Below, piece after piece: positions 53,201 to 64,000 of a DNA stretch of 64,000 nucleotides. The stretch is taken from contig OX597834.1 of the NCBI GenBank assembly GCA_951406725.2, positions 34,100,001 to 34,164,000 on the forward strand, read 5' to 3'. The notes beneath the pieces were generated by a model. The model was given only the letters and a program-made list of their open reading frames with translations. It was not told where the DNA came from and did not search any database. The translations under genes and the position numbers were made by a program. How positions within the stretch are numbered: the first letter of the stretch is position 1; each line of letters starts with the position of its first letter. The DNA comes from Octopus vulgaris. Taxonomy: Eukaryota.

Positions 53201-54964
53201 TTTCATGGAGGACAAGAAGAAACAACAATCAGGAAGCTATCATTTACAATAGTTTCTTGACTGTGTTTTATTGGTATGGCAAAAAAAAAAAAAGAAAAAG
53301 ATAATTGTGAAGCAGTTATAAAACAAACAGATCAAAAGAAGACGAATAAATAAATAAATAAATAAACAGCAGATACGAACCCCACGACCACCATTGATTC
53401 CTGTGAGTGGGAAACCCAAACAGATCACAGCTGATACCATCTCCACCAATGAAACCTACGGTTGAAAATGAAAAAGGATTTATGAAAAAAAGGGGACATG
53501 TTATCAATAAATTAGCTGAACTGTCAATTACAATAAATATTTTGTGGAATACATACACATAAACACACACACAAACACATATACATACTCGTGTAAACAT
53601 TCATCTTGTTTATGTGTATAATTACACATATTCATGTGTATAGATTTCTACATATATGTATCCATACATATCATTTAATATACACACTATAAAGATACAA
53701 GCTACCAATAGTTTCTTGTTATGGAAACTCATGTCCAATCAGGTTTCAAGTTTTATAATATGCCTTGTGTCTCCAAGCAATCGTCAAGCTCTGAGCACCT
53801 AGTCTGTTCTAGTAACCTTCTTCTCATTTTTTCCTTGAGAATTAATTGAGTTAATTTGTTTTTGATAAAGTGGTACTTTCTGGAATCCTCCACATTTCAT
53901 TATACAATATACATATTTTATTTCTATTGGTTACGAGAAAGAGATTGCAAGAACTGATTTGCATATGATTAGCATTTTATATCACCATCAAAAATTTAAT
54001 CTGTGCAGTAAGGGTTCAATAGCTGAAAATGTAAAACAACTTTAACCTCTTAGCCATATCCAGCCAAAATAATCTCCCTCTTTTATCTTCAAACTAGCCA
54101 GATCAGGCCTCTCTCATTTGCCCTACAATATTATTCTAAAAATAAACTATCACATTACGTGCCACAAGCACAGGTGCCAGTCAGCCAGTGCCGCCTGACT
54201 GGTACTGGTGCTGGTGGCATATAATAAGCACCATTCAAGCATGGGTTGATGCCAGTGCCGCTTGACTGGCTCCTGTGCCGGTGGCATGTAAAAAGCACCT
54301 ATTACACTCTCAGTGTGGTTGGCGTTAGGAAGGGCATCCAGCTGTAGAAATCTTGCCAGATCAGATTGGAGCCTGGCTTGCCAGTCCTCAGTCAACCCAT
54401 CCCAACATGGAAAACGGACATTAAACGATAATAGTGACATCATTGAAATCTCAAAGCTGCACAGTAATGTATGACTAATTCAAATCAATAAGATTAAACA
54501 AAAATTACATTTGGCAGGGTTAATCCATAATCAAACGCAAGGACTATACTTACATGACATGCCACCAATGCTCCAATATTCCATCCCAGCAAGACAATGG
54601 GTCGGTTCTGAAAATGGCCTTTTAACTGCAACAGAAATGGAAATATATCATCAGGACATTTTAAGAAATAGAATTAAATACAGCATGGAAAACAGACGTT
54701 AAACGATGATGATGATACGTATAATATATATGAATAGCTTTGCGTAAACCATGGTTCGTTTTGTTCTCTTACTTTATTATCATCTTATAATCATCTCATA
54801 ATAATGACTTTCATGACTCATATCAGTCAATCTAAATGTATATATTTTTTGTTACCTGTCATAAATAGCCTTTTTCTATTTGCAAGATGCATTTTCGTTG
54901 ATTTTTCATATTTTACCCTTACATTTCCACGTGTATTTTATATTTTCTTTTCGTAACATATTTC

Positions 54965-55011
<47 letters not shown>

Positions 55012-56437
55012 TATATATATATATTTAAGGTGGCCCAAAAGTAGGTTTACAGTTATTCAACTATCTCTTTCACATTCATATATTAACAGTTTAGATCTTA
55101 ATTATAAAAAATATGAAACCATTATTCTATGCAATTTAGTTAATTGTAAGATAGAAATTTAAACGTAATAAAACATTTTAAAAGAAATTTGAAGTGCCTA
55201 CATGATATTTGTAACCCAACTTTTGGGTCACTCTATATATATATATATTATGAGCGTGGCTCAGTTTTAAATGGTGACATTGTTTTGAGCTGCTTCTGAT
55301 GAAGTTTGCTGACAATTCCTGTCTTCCATAAATTGTCCTCTAGTTGTGTTCTTATCGTTCCTCCTCGAATGAAAGTCTATCACTTGTAAAACAAGCAAGA
55401 GTTAAGTCCCCTACCTACCATAAACGATATATTTGCGTCAGGTAGCAACAGAAATTCAAGAATAAGGCGAGATCATCATCATCATCATCGTCGTCGTTTA
55501 ACGTCCGCTTTCCATGCTAGCATGGGTTGGACGGTTCAACTGGGGTCTGGAAAGCCAGAAGGCTGCACCAAGCCCAGTCTGATCTGGCAGTGTTTCTACA
55601 GCTGGATGCCCTTCCTAACGCCAACCACTCCATGAGTGTAGTGGGTGCTTTTTACGTGCCACCGACACAGGTGCCAGACGAGGCTGGCAAACGGCCACGA
55701 TCAGACGGTGCTTTTTACGTGCCACCGGCACAGAGACCAGACGAAGCTGGCAACGGCCACGATCAGATGGTGCTTTTTACGTGCCACCAGCATGGAGGCC
55801 AGTCAGGGCGGTGCTGGCTACGGTCTAAGCAAAAACAAATAAAAAATGCAGCTTACCTCTAAAACTTTGGTGCGTACAGCTCCAATCATATGTTCAAGGC
55901 ACTGGGCTATACCAACGCCACTGCCGCCGTTCACTGTGTGCATTGTTACAGGAATCACTTTGCCAAGATTGGAGAGTTGAGTAATACAGAATTTCGTGCG
56001 TTTTGAATAATTATTATTGGGATAAGTGGGTCCACTAGGAGCAACAAGAATTAATGGATTTCCAGGAAGCTTGCGCTGTCAGAACACAAAAACAAGACAT
56101 AGCGTTAGTTTGTTTAGGAAACAGTATATTCTATCAAATGTGTAAACTGTCCAAGATGGTTAATTGCTAATCTAATTAATTATAAACTTATCTTTAGAGA
56201 TAAAATTTTTAATATTTACATTTAGGCATTTTTAGACTTAAATATTTAAAAACATTGCTACATTGTTAAAAGAAAATTAAATATCGTATATCATTTACAT
56301 GATGAGAATTTAGAAACTTCAAAAGAATATGAGATAATTCATTTCAAATTTTAGAACTCAAAATAGATGTAACTATAAATACAGCAGCCTTCAACTTTTT
56401 CTATCCAAAAAGGATTTTTGATTCAATATTTACATGC

Positions 56438-56468
<31 letters not shown>

Positions 56469-59400
56469 TATAGCTTTATCTACTTCGAGTTCCACAGTTT
56501 CAAAAAAAAAAAAGACAAATTAATTTTAGTATATTTCTTTTATTGGTTTCAATGACAGAACTGGCCATACTGGGACACTGCCTTCAAGGGTGTTAAAAAA
56601 AACCCTTCCCTACAAGACAACTGTAAAAATATGTCAAGGAGGATATGCAGCTACAACAAACCAATGAGGGAGCTTCTTGTGGTTGTTTGGCCAACAAGAA
56701 ATAGCAGCCAAATCTCTCTCAAATTATATCCTATAATCTTAACAAAAATGCACATTGGATAACGTAGTCACTGATATGTATAAAAAGAAATAAAAAACAC
56801 AGATTGGTCATGGTTGGAATGTCTTGGATCCTTTACATACTTGAACTGGGAACTAAACAATCTGGTCCTACAAAATTTATCTTACATCAACAGCAATAGA
56901 AAAAGTTGTCTTGTCTTTGCCTACAGAAAAATGGTCAAAATTACCATTGGAATAAGTGTTGAGGAGTTTTCATGTACATAGGACAGCAGCTGAACCAAAC
57001 TTTGCTGCTTTATTTTTACTATTTTAGGTTTAAATAGTGGAAAGAGAAAAGGAAAAGGAAAAAAAACCCAAATAAATAGATAAAGGCACAGCTGTATGGT
57101 TTAAGAAGTTTGCTTTGCAACCATGTTCTTTTAGGTTGTCCCACTTGGTGGTACCTTGGGCAAGTCTCTTCCATTATAGGCCTGAACTAGTCAAATGCCT
57201 TGTGCACAAATTTCGTAGATGGGAACTGTGTGGAAGCCAGTCCTATGTATATATATTTATATTCCCTCTCTCTCGGAGAGGCACAAGCACCTACACACAC
57301 ATATACACACACGGCAGTAACTTCCGCCTACCAAATTCAATCACAAAGCTTTGGTTGGCCTGGGGCTATAGCAGAAGACACTTGCCCAAAGTGCCATGCA
57401 GTGGGACTGAACCCGAAACCATGTAGCTGGGAAGCAAGCTTCCTAACCACACAGCCATGCCCATGCCTACAAAAAATGTATGTACATATGTGCAGTGCTA
57501 AGCCTGTGGCAAGTTTTCTACAGCCAGATGCCCTTCCTGATGCCAACCCCGCACCTGTTGCCAAGCGAGGTAATATATATATATATATATATATATATAA
57601 GACAACTGGTGTTGGTTTGTTTACAACCTGTAACTTAACAGTTTGGCAAAAGAGACTGGTAGAATAAGTGCTATACTTGAAAAATAAGTACTAAAGTTGA
57701 TTTGTTCAGCTAAACCCCTCAAGACAGTGCCCCAGCATGGCTGCAATCAAATGACTGAAACAAGTAAAAGATAAAAATGACTCACAGGTTTCTGTTGGCT
57801 GAGAGTGCTATACACAGGGTCCCAGGGTCGCTTAAGGAGCAAATTTAAGGCATCCAATGAAACAGCTGATCCCTGGCGAGTGATAGCAGCTGACTGAGCA
57901 ATCATACGGTCGACAAGAGTAGGAATCTAAAACAATAGGTTCAAAACACTGATAAGTATACACAAGAGGATTGAAATTGCAATCATACTGCATAAGTTGA
58001 ACATTGGAAGCACATGACTGAAAAGTGTAAAAGTATAAGGTCAAAAAAGAAACAATCAAAGAAGTATATAATGAAGATAAATACACCAAACAACCAGAAA
58101 AGTATGCAACATTTTATCAAGAAGAGGACAAGAGATTAAGAGAGACAAGAGAGTGGATAATATAAAATGCCAAATTCTAGACACCTGTTTATATATACAT
58201 GCACAACATTCATATAAATGTATATACATACATGTATACTCAGATATATAAATACATGTAACCACACACACAGATGTGAAGGTGCATATGTATATGCATA
58301 CATGTGCACATATGCACAAGAAAAAAATGTACCTTAGCTCGCAGAGTTTGCAGAACATCCAAATAAGCAGCCAACAAATGACGGGGTAAGTTCTCCAACA
58401 ATACATTGTGCAACCATTGACTAAGTTTGGGGTCCTGTATAATTAAAAGAAATACATATAAAATTTTAAAACAATTTATGTAAGATTCATTTTATATATA
58501 TAGTGTAAGACTCGACAGAGTGTAAATACCTTGAGAGAAAAGCTGGACCTAAGAAGCATCAGTTGTGGTGTGCAAGAAAGATGTTTGCGCTGGTATGGTC
58601 ATGTGGCAAGAATGGATGAAGATAGTTGTGTGAAAAAGTGCCACACCCTAGCGGTTAAGGGAACCCGTGGAAGAGGCAGACCCAGGAAAACCTGGGACGA
58701 GGTGGTGAAGCACGACCTTCGATTTAGGTCTCACTGGGGAAGTGACTAGAGACCGAGACCTTTGGAAGTATGCTGTGCATGAGAAGACCCGGCAGGACAA
58801 GTGAGACCATAACCCGTGGCCTCTACATGGGATGTAGCCAGTCCACTTATGCATACCTTCCTTCTTGGGACACAAAACTCTACTTGTGAAGACCTGTTGA
58901 TGCAAGTGAAAATCGAAATCGATCAACATCAATGGAAATTGCAGCTGTGATACCAGTGCCGGTGGTACGTATGAGAACCATCCGAACGTGGCCGTTGCCA
59001 GCACTGCTCCGACTGGCCTCGTGCCGGTGGCATGTGAAAAGCACCAACTGATCGTGGTCGTTTGCCAGCCTCGTCTGGCACGTAAAAAGCACCCACTACA
59101 CTCACGGAGTGGTTGGTGTTAGGAAGGGCATCCAGCCGTAGAAACATTGCCAGATCAGACTGGGCCTGGTGCAGCCTTCTGGCTTCCCAGACCCCAGTTG
59201 AACCATCCAACCCATGCTAGCATGGAAAGCGGACGCTAAACGAAGATGATGATGATGATATATATATATGTATATATATATAAACACAAGCAGACTCTCT
59301 CTTTCTCTCAACAACAACAGCAGCAGTAATTTATATTTTATATAATGCTTCTGTTGGTGAATCTATGTTGAAACAATTGTAGCATTATGTAATAAAGTGT

Positions 59401-60671
59401 GTTGCTCAAGACATTTTCCACTATTCACATTTTTGCATAAACCCTTTGGATATCACAGAATTGCAAAAGTATATCCAATGATATTTTGATCTCACTGTAC
59501 GACAGCATTTGTTAGCTGATACCTGCGGACAAGCTTTGTAAAGCAAACTACAAGGTTTTATACCCATATCAAATTTACATGCATACATTTGTATGTGTTT
59601 GTGTGAACACACAAACAGACGGAAGAACATCATCATCATTTTATGATCATTTTTCTATATTGGCATGGGTGGCATGGGTTGGACAGTCTGGTCAGTGGAT
59701 CCAGCAGACAGAAACTCTGTGTGTGTGTGTGTGTCCCCACATAGGCATTTGTCCCCAACCACCACTTGAAAACTAGTGTCAGTGTGTTTCATCCCTACAG
59801 CCTAGCGGTTCAGCAAAAGAGACTGATGGAATAAGTACCAATCTTAAAAATTCAGTACTGGTGTCAAATCATTTGACTAAAAATTGAAGGTGGTGCCCCA
59901 GCATGACTGCAATCTAATTACTGGAACTTGATAAAAGATATACTCACCCATATTTCGCTAGCCAAAGCTTGTCGTATCCGTTTGGCAGATTTATCAACAT
60001 GAATTCTTCGCATGACAGCTTCATTATTACTCTAGAAAGAAAAAAAGAAAAGAAAAGAAAAGTAGTATAAAACACAAAATTATTGAACATCCCCAAACTC
60101 ACTCAGGAGTTGGGTTTATCACTAAGTTTCCTCTTGCAATGTAATAGGATCAAAGTGTACATGACATAATGGAGTGATTTTAATATTCTACATTCACTTC
60201 TATATTACACAATATTACTGCAGGCTAAGGAAATACTTGTCAAGTACAGTGTCCTACTGCTACCATCACATGGTACCTACTCACAAGTAGCTGGATTGAG
60301 TCACTGACAACATACTTCCTTGACCAGGCCCACTTTCACAGTATTACAGCCCCCTGGACAAATTAATGCCCTGAGCACTATAGTATTTATTTATTGACAG
60401 TAAATTACAACACACATAGATCATAACTGGGTCCCTAGATCCATGAGGTCTCTGGTCAACTGACCAATGTGGCCATGCCTTAAGACAGCACTGGCCTTGA
60501 CCAGAGATACAGTTTTTGTGATGTCTTTGCAGCTTTATTAACAGTGTATGCAGGCAACATATTACAAATTATGAAACCTTTTACTAGGAAATCAAAACTC
60601 CAATGATTCAGCCAACTGTCATGCTCATACCATAAATAAATGTTTTTATATACACACACATACATGACATG

Positions 60672-60738
<67 letters not shown>

Positions 60739-63398
60739 ATGTGCAGCGACTGTATTGATATGGCCATGTAATGCGTATGATGAGGACAGCTGTGTAAAGA
60801 GGTGCCATACTAAAAGTAGAGTAGAATTTAAGAGAAAATTTATTTTGACTGAAACTTCAAGTTTCATCTGAAGCTGTCAGTTGAGGTTTGAAGTCCCAGT
60901 CAAAACAGTATGTACGCATATATGTGTGTATGCAGACATGAATAAAAGCAAAGTGAGAGAGTAAATCTGTATATGGATGCACATTACATATATGCATTTA
61001 TAAAAATAGTGATGTAATCTTCATATGTAGTTTTTAAGTAACAAATCTAAACAAATACATTTCAAATCAACTGATATTTTTATATTAAAAAATACTAAGC
61101 AAAATCTAGATTATTTGAAGACATTTGTTTTTATTACAAATTTCATAACATTGCAAATATAGTTAAAAATATCTAAATATATGTCAAGCTTAGCCTACTC
61201 ACACACCCCCATATGTATAATGTGTGAAAAGCACTGGTGCTGGTGCCAGGTAAAAAGCACCCAGCACACTCTGTAAAGTTGTTGGCATTAGGAAGAGCAA
61301 TCCAGCTGTAGAAACCACGACAAAGTAGACTATGGAACCTGGTGCAACTCCCAACCTTACCAACTCCTGCCAAACCATTCAGTCCATACCAGCATGAAAA
61401 AAGGATGTACGCTGATGATGTGAATATATGTAGATATGATATAAACATGTATATGGAGGCAATTAAGATATCAATATAAAACAAATTAACATTAGTTCAA
61501 CAGCCATCAGCTGTCTCATCATAACATAGGTCTGGTCAAATGCAGACCTGACAAGGGCTATTTGTGAAGGCACACAAATATTTGGTCAGGGTGTTTAGCT
61601 CATGATTCTAAGGTCATGGGTTCAATCTCTAGACCAAATGGTGTGCTGTGTCCTTGAGCAAGATACTTGATTTCACATTGCTCCAATTTATCCAGCTGTA
61701 AATGGCTACAAGCCAATTGCTGTTGCAGTCCTCTGTCTCTCTCCTGCTGCTGTATTCTGGATGTTCCACAAACTCAAGGGTCAGATAGAAGAAAAGCTGT
61801 GTCTGCTTGCAATTACATCAACAACTAAAAACAATTAATGAAAATATGGTACAATGTTACCAAGCCGTTCTTGCCCACAAGTGATGGCTGGTCACACTAT
61901 ACCTTGCTGTAGTTTAGGGTTACTTAACAACAACAGTTACTGTATCACCATCATTATAAGAAAGAAAAAATAGTTTTAAAAAAGGGTAACTCACTCCATC
62001 AAATGCTAGCCTGGCCAATCGGTCGACATGAAGGGCTTTCATAACTTTGTTGTAAAGTCTCTTCTGCTGCATGGTCCACCCTGTTCTGTAACAGAAGGAA
62101 GATATTTACCGAATAGAGAAGTCTGATTAATGGAAGTGGATGATGAACAGATCACATGTTCTATTCAAGATGAAGTTCTTTATCTAAACATTATGGTCAA
62201 GACCATATTGGAGCAGCACTAGTTTACTGAGCACATACAGGTGGCGGTGGGGCTGAGTGATTTATAAGTTTGCTTCCCAACCACATGGTTTTTGAGTTCA
62301 GTCCCACTATGTGGCACCTTGAGCAAATGTCTTCTATTATAGCCATGGGCCAACCAAAACAATTCTGAGTGGACCTTGTTGATGGAAACTAAAAGAAGGC
62401 CTATTGTGTATGCATGTGAGTATGAGTATGTGTATGTTTGTCTTGGCATTATATGATAGTTGTAATGAAGCTTGCTGTGGTATAAGCAGTGTCATTTGTT
62501 TCCAATATTTTGTGAAAAACTTGTCTGGCCATGAGGAAATATTACCATGCTTGGAAACAGGTGAGTGTTGGTCACAGAAAATCTGCTTCAATAATCTCCA
62601 TCTCATCGTGCAAGCATGAAAAACAGGAGATAATGATGATGATGATAACATTAAAAACATTTTGCTGACTGTTTTCAGCAATAGAGACAACTCTCAGAAA
62701 TTTTCCAGCTTTTTACCTGCTGGTTGCTCCTACTGTGGCTTCTGCTACACCGAATTGAAGGAGACAGTTGTAACAACACTTTGAACACATCCTACTAAGC
62801 ACCAATGCTTGTTGGACTGACTTTGTTTGCAGAATGCAGTCAAGACACGAAGACAATTTGGATTTTTGTGTTAAATTGGGCAAAAATACTGTAGAAACTT
62901 ATGAAATGGTCCAGACTGCTTATAGATTAACTTGTATGAACAGAGAATCTGGTTTCTGCTGGTACAAGAGGCCAGGCAAGGCAAGTCTACCAGCACAGTT
63001 CCCATCCACCAAATCTCATCACAATGTATTGGTCAGACACCTGTCCAATGTGCCATGCAATGGGATCAAATCCAGAACCACCTGGTTGCATAGCTAACTT
63101 CTTAACTACACATGACAGAATGGTCATGGTTGGAAAGGTCTGTCCTATCAAGTTTAAACCAGAGTTAAGCAATGTCTGCATTTCCTAATAATAATCATGT
63201 TAGAAATACAAATAGGAAAAAAGAAAACTGGTAGCTTACTTGCTGATGTGTTCTTCAGAATCTTCCCCACCTTTATCTGGGTAAGCAAGGTTGACATGTC
63301 TTTCACATTCATTCATCAAGTTTCGGGCCTTGGCCAGGTCACCAATGTGTGAAGATTTAACAGTTGTGGTTTCAACATCGAGTATTTGGTCTTCATCA
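34715..63398 (-). CDS. KANSL3: KAT8 regulatory NSL complex subunit 3 (KANSL3/NSL3), 5'-incomplete 12-exon model
   Basis: 12 exons with GT-AG boundaries and matching phases total 3142 nt in one open frame. Peptides match KANSL3 motifs as I recall them ([69 protein letters not shown]). The first visible exon starts in phase 2, so the start codon lies beyond 64000. Confidence 0.95.
37506..37665 (-). CDS. KANSL3: KANSL3 coding exon ([24 protein letters not shown]...SPAKTQ)
   Basis: tttgtttcag acceptor, AAG|GTGAGC donor, 160 nt. Phases 0/1 bridge the preceding exon and the terminal exon exactly. Confidence 0.82.
38941..39998 (+). mobile_element. RTE-clade LINE fragment (AP-endonuclease region), in a KANSL3 intron
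   Basis: [64 protein letters not shown]; frameshifted. Confidence 0.9.
40020..40660. repeat. CA-rich tandem repeat with larger duplicated units
   Basis: ccacaaggacaattaaaacaac and cataacatcccc.ccaacacaaaac each recur about three times. Confidence 0.75.
41055..41102 (+). ncRNA. Minimal hammerhead ribozyme motif, U3-A8 variant, GUC cleavage triplet
   Basis: UUUACUU-UUGACAA-ucAUUUUcuaaaAAAGU-GAAA-CCGG-UC-AAGUGAA: 7-bp stem I, palindromic ACCGGU; lies in a TA-flanked insert of about 40873-41140. Confidence 0.7.
41550..41766. repeat. Foldback insert between (TA)n tracts
   Basis: 42-bp arms 41550-41591 and 41639-41680, plus an inner hairpin 41608-41642 and a unique tail to 41766. Confidence 0.8.
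42968..43009 (-). ncRNA. Degenerate minimal hammerhead motif (G12A)
   Basis: Reverse complement CUUUG-CUGAAGA-U-GUCA-gguuaa-UGCC-AAAA-CAUG-UU-CAGAG: 5-bp stem I, canonical CUGANGA, palindromic ACAUGU. Confidence 0.6.
43815..44197 (+). mobile_element. tRNA-derived SINE (family A)
   Basis: ggctgtgtagtaagaagcttgc...ggttcagtcccactg...gcagtcaaatgactgaaacaa. Confidence 0.85.
44723..45489. mobile_element. piggyBac-like non-autonomous element with internal tandem units and a nested SINE fragment (about 44781-44975)
   Basis: TTAA|cccttttgttacc ... ggtagcaaaaggg|TTAA; an AT-rich unit of about 170 bp occurs about three times. Confidence 0.65.
48180..48600. repeat. Degenerate minisatellite, about 26-nt unit (CCAATGAGATATCACA...)
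   Basis: ccaatg..atatcaca recurs. Confidence 0.75.
49143..49410. mobile_element. hAT-type MITE
   Basis: 8-bp TSD gttttaac (49135-49142, 49411-49418); gctgtagag / ctctacagc TIR core; internal (g/a)gagtc repeats. Confidence 0.8.
50003..50395 (-). mobile_element. tRNA-derived SINE (family A), young copy with an internal deletion
   Basis: Nearly identical to 28975-29375. Further partial copies lie at about 1130, 29905, 33930, 47845, 57085, 57315, 57600, 59700 and 62245. Confidence 0.85.
50877..51059 (-). CDS. KANSL3: KANSL3 coding exon ([13 protein letters not shown]...KKKKRRK...SVRSE), with a basic NLS-like run
   Basis: ttttcag acceptor, GAG|GTGAGT donor, 183 nt, phases 0/0. Confidence 0.9.
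51794..52015 (-). CDS. KANSL3: KANSL3 coding exon ([19 protein letters not shown]...[29 protein letters not shown])
   Basis: ttcag acceptor, GTAAGT donor, 222 nt. Confidence 0.96.
52733..52958 (+). mobile_element. tRNA-derived SINE (family B)
   Basis: Near-identical to 5307-5545. Confidence 0.85.
53381..53455 (-). CDS. KANSL3: KANSL3 coding exon ([25 protein letters not shown])
   Basis: cgtag acceptor, GGG|GTTCGT donor, 75 nt, CLGFPL motif. Confidence 0.92.
54160..54432 (+). mobile_element. RTE 3'-UTR-type repeat
   Basis: ggtggcatgtaaaaagcacc...ggaagggcatccagctgtagaaa...catggaaaacggacattaaacgat; related copies at about 2930-3205, 41265-41480 and 61225-61420. Confidence 0.75.
54554..54625 (-). 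CDS. KANSL3: KANSL3 coding exon ([24 protein letters not shown]), alpha/beta-hydrolase-like elbow
   Basis: tgcag acceptor, GTAAGT donor, 72 nt. Confidence 0.95.
55027..55234. mobile_element. Tc1/mariner-type MITE
   Basis: TIRs ggtggcccaaaagtaggtttaca / tgtaacccaacttttgggtcact within TA tracts. Confidence 0.7.
55472..55825 (-). mobile_element. RTE 3'-UTR-type repeat, inverted relative to the 58.9-59.3 kb copy
   Basis: Reverse complement of about 58990-59258, with a (CAT)n tail on the left. Confidence 0.85.
55857..56075 (-). CDS. KANSL3: KANSL3 coding exon ([16 protein letters not shown]...[21 protein letters not shown])
   Basis: gacag acceptor, GAG|GTAAGC donor, 219 nt, strongly conserved KANSL3 peptide. 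Confidence 0.96.
57786..57926 (-). CDS. KANSL3: KANSL3 coding exon ([47 protein letters not shown])
   Basis: ttttag acceptor, GTGAGT donor, 141 nt, LLLKRPWDP motif. Confidence 0.95.
58333..58434 (-). CDS. KANSL3: KANSL3 coding exon ([34 protein letters not shown])
   Basis: atacag acceptor, AAG|GTACAT donor, 102 nt, phases 0/0. Confidence 0.93.
58503..59258 (+). mobile_element. 5'-truncated RTE LINE: ORF end plus 3' UTR ending in (GAT)n
   Basis: [19 protein letters not shown]...[20 protein letters not shown], followed by the abundant gcatggaaagcggacg..aaacg(atg)n tail. Confidence 0.9.
59948..60031 (-). CDS. KANSL3: KANSL3 coding exon ([28 protein letters not shown])
   Basis: polypyrimidine tract plus ctag acceptor, GTGAGT donor, 84 nt, phases 0/0. 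Confidence 0.93.
61995..62085 (-). CDS. KANSL3: KANSL3 coding exon ([30 protein letters not shown])
   Basis: ttacag acceptor, GTGAGT donor, 91 nt, phases 2/0. Confidence 0.93.
62830..62970 (+). mobile_element. Mariner transposase N-terminal HTH remnant
   Basis: [31 protein letters not shown]. Confidence 0.7.
63240..63398 (-). CDS. KANSL3: KANSL3 coding exon ([53 protein letters not shown])
   Basis: tgcag acceptor, GTAAGC donor, 159 nt, phases 2/2. Confidence 0.92.
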
Positions 63399-64000
63399 CT
63401 GCATAAAGAGAGAAAGAGATCTACAGGCTATGCGCAGAAGGGTTACAGTAGAGAGGTGCATAAACAAGACATTAAGGTAACCATCATCAGAGAAGTGTAG
63501 AAAACAAGAGGTGATCTAATAACATGCAGAGACCTAACAACATTTACATATAAAAACAATACACATAGATCTAACAACATGAGGAGGTATACAAACAACA
63601 TATGAAAACAATTTTAAATTTCTGAACCATTTTATTGTCCAGTTCTGAATTGCTTTAATTGGTTCAATCCTTGTCAGTATTATAAAACCTGTTGAGGCAA
63701 ATTTTTTACAACCAGATGATCCTCCAGTTGTCAACCTTCACCTGTTTTCAAGCAAAGAGATAATATCTTTCCTCGTCCTTCAAACAATGAACAGCTCAAA
63801 GGCTGGGAATGTTTACATGGAAGAGTGCAGATAAATGACATCATTTTTGTATGATCAGTAACTTTTTTTTTACAATAATAATAATAATTCTTTCCAGTTT
63901 AAGCATAGCCAGTAATATTGAGGAGAAAAGGGTTAGTTGATGCCATCAAACCGGTATGTGATTGGCACTTTATTTTATCATCTACCAAAGGATAAAGGGT

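Overview
AT-rich, repeat-dense eukaryotic DNA. The SINE/LINE families and the dense TA/CA microsatellites look like an Octopus (coleoid cephalopod) genome; this is inferred from repeat recognition, not a database hit. The right half holds 12 phase-consistent minus-strand coding exons (63398 down to the stop at 34715; 3142 nt, about 1046 aa; 5' end outside the window) of KANSL3/NSL3, a KAT8/MOF NSL-complex subunit, with a long Ser/Thr-rich C-terminal exon. The rest consists of tRNA-derived SINEs, RTE and CR1-group LINE fragments, a decayed Tigger/pogo transposon with a duplicated 3' end, mariner/hAT/piggyBac-type MITEs, and micro- and minisatellites. The most notable signal is a set of short, mutually unrelated inserts, mostly in or beside (TA)n tracts. 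They carry minimal type-I hammerhead ribozyme motifs (two with a U3-A8 compensated core) and/or long near-perfect foldback arms, as expected of Penelope-like pseudo-LTR or retrozyme-type elements. Almost all ORFs in the supplied track are microsatellite or SINE artefacts. Repeat boundaries are approximate; exon and ribozyme coordinates were read base by base.
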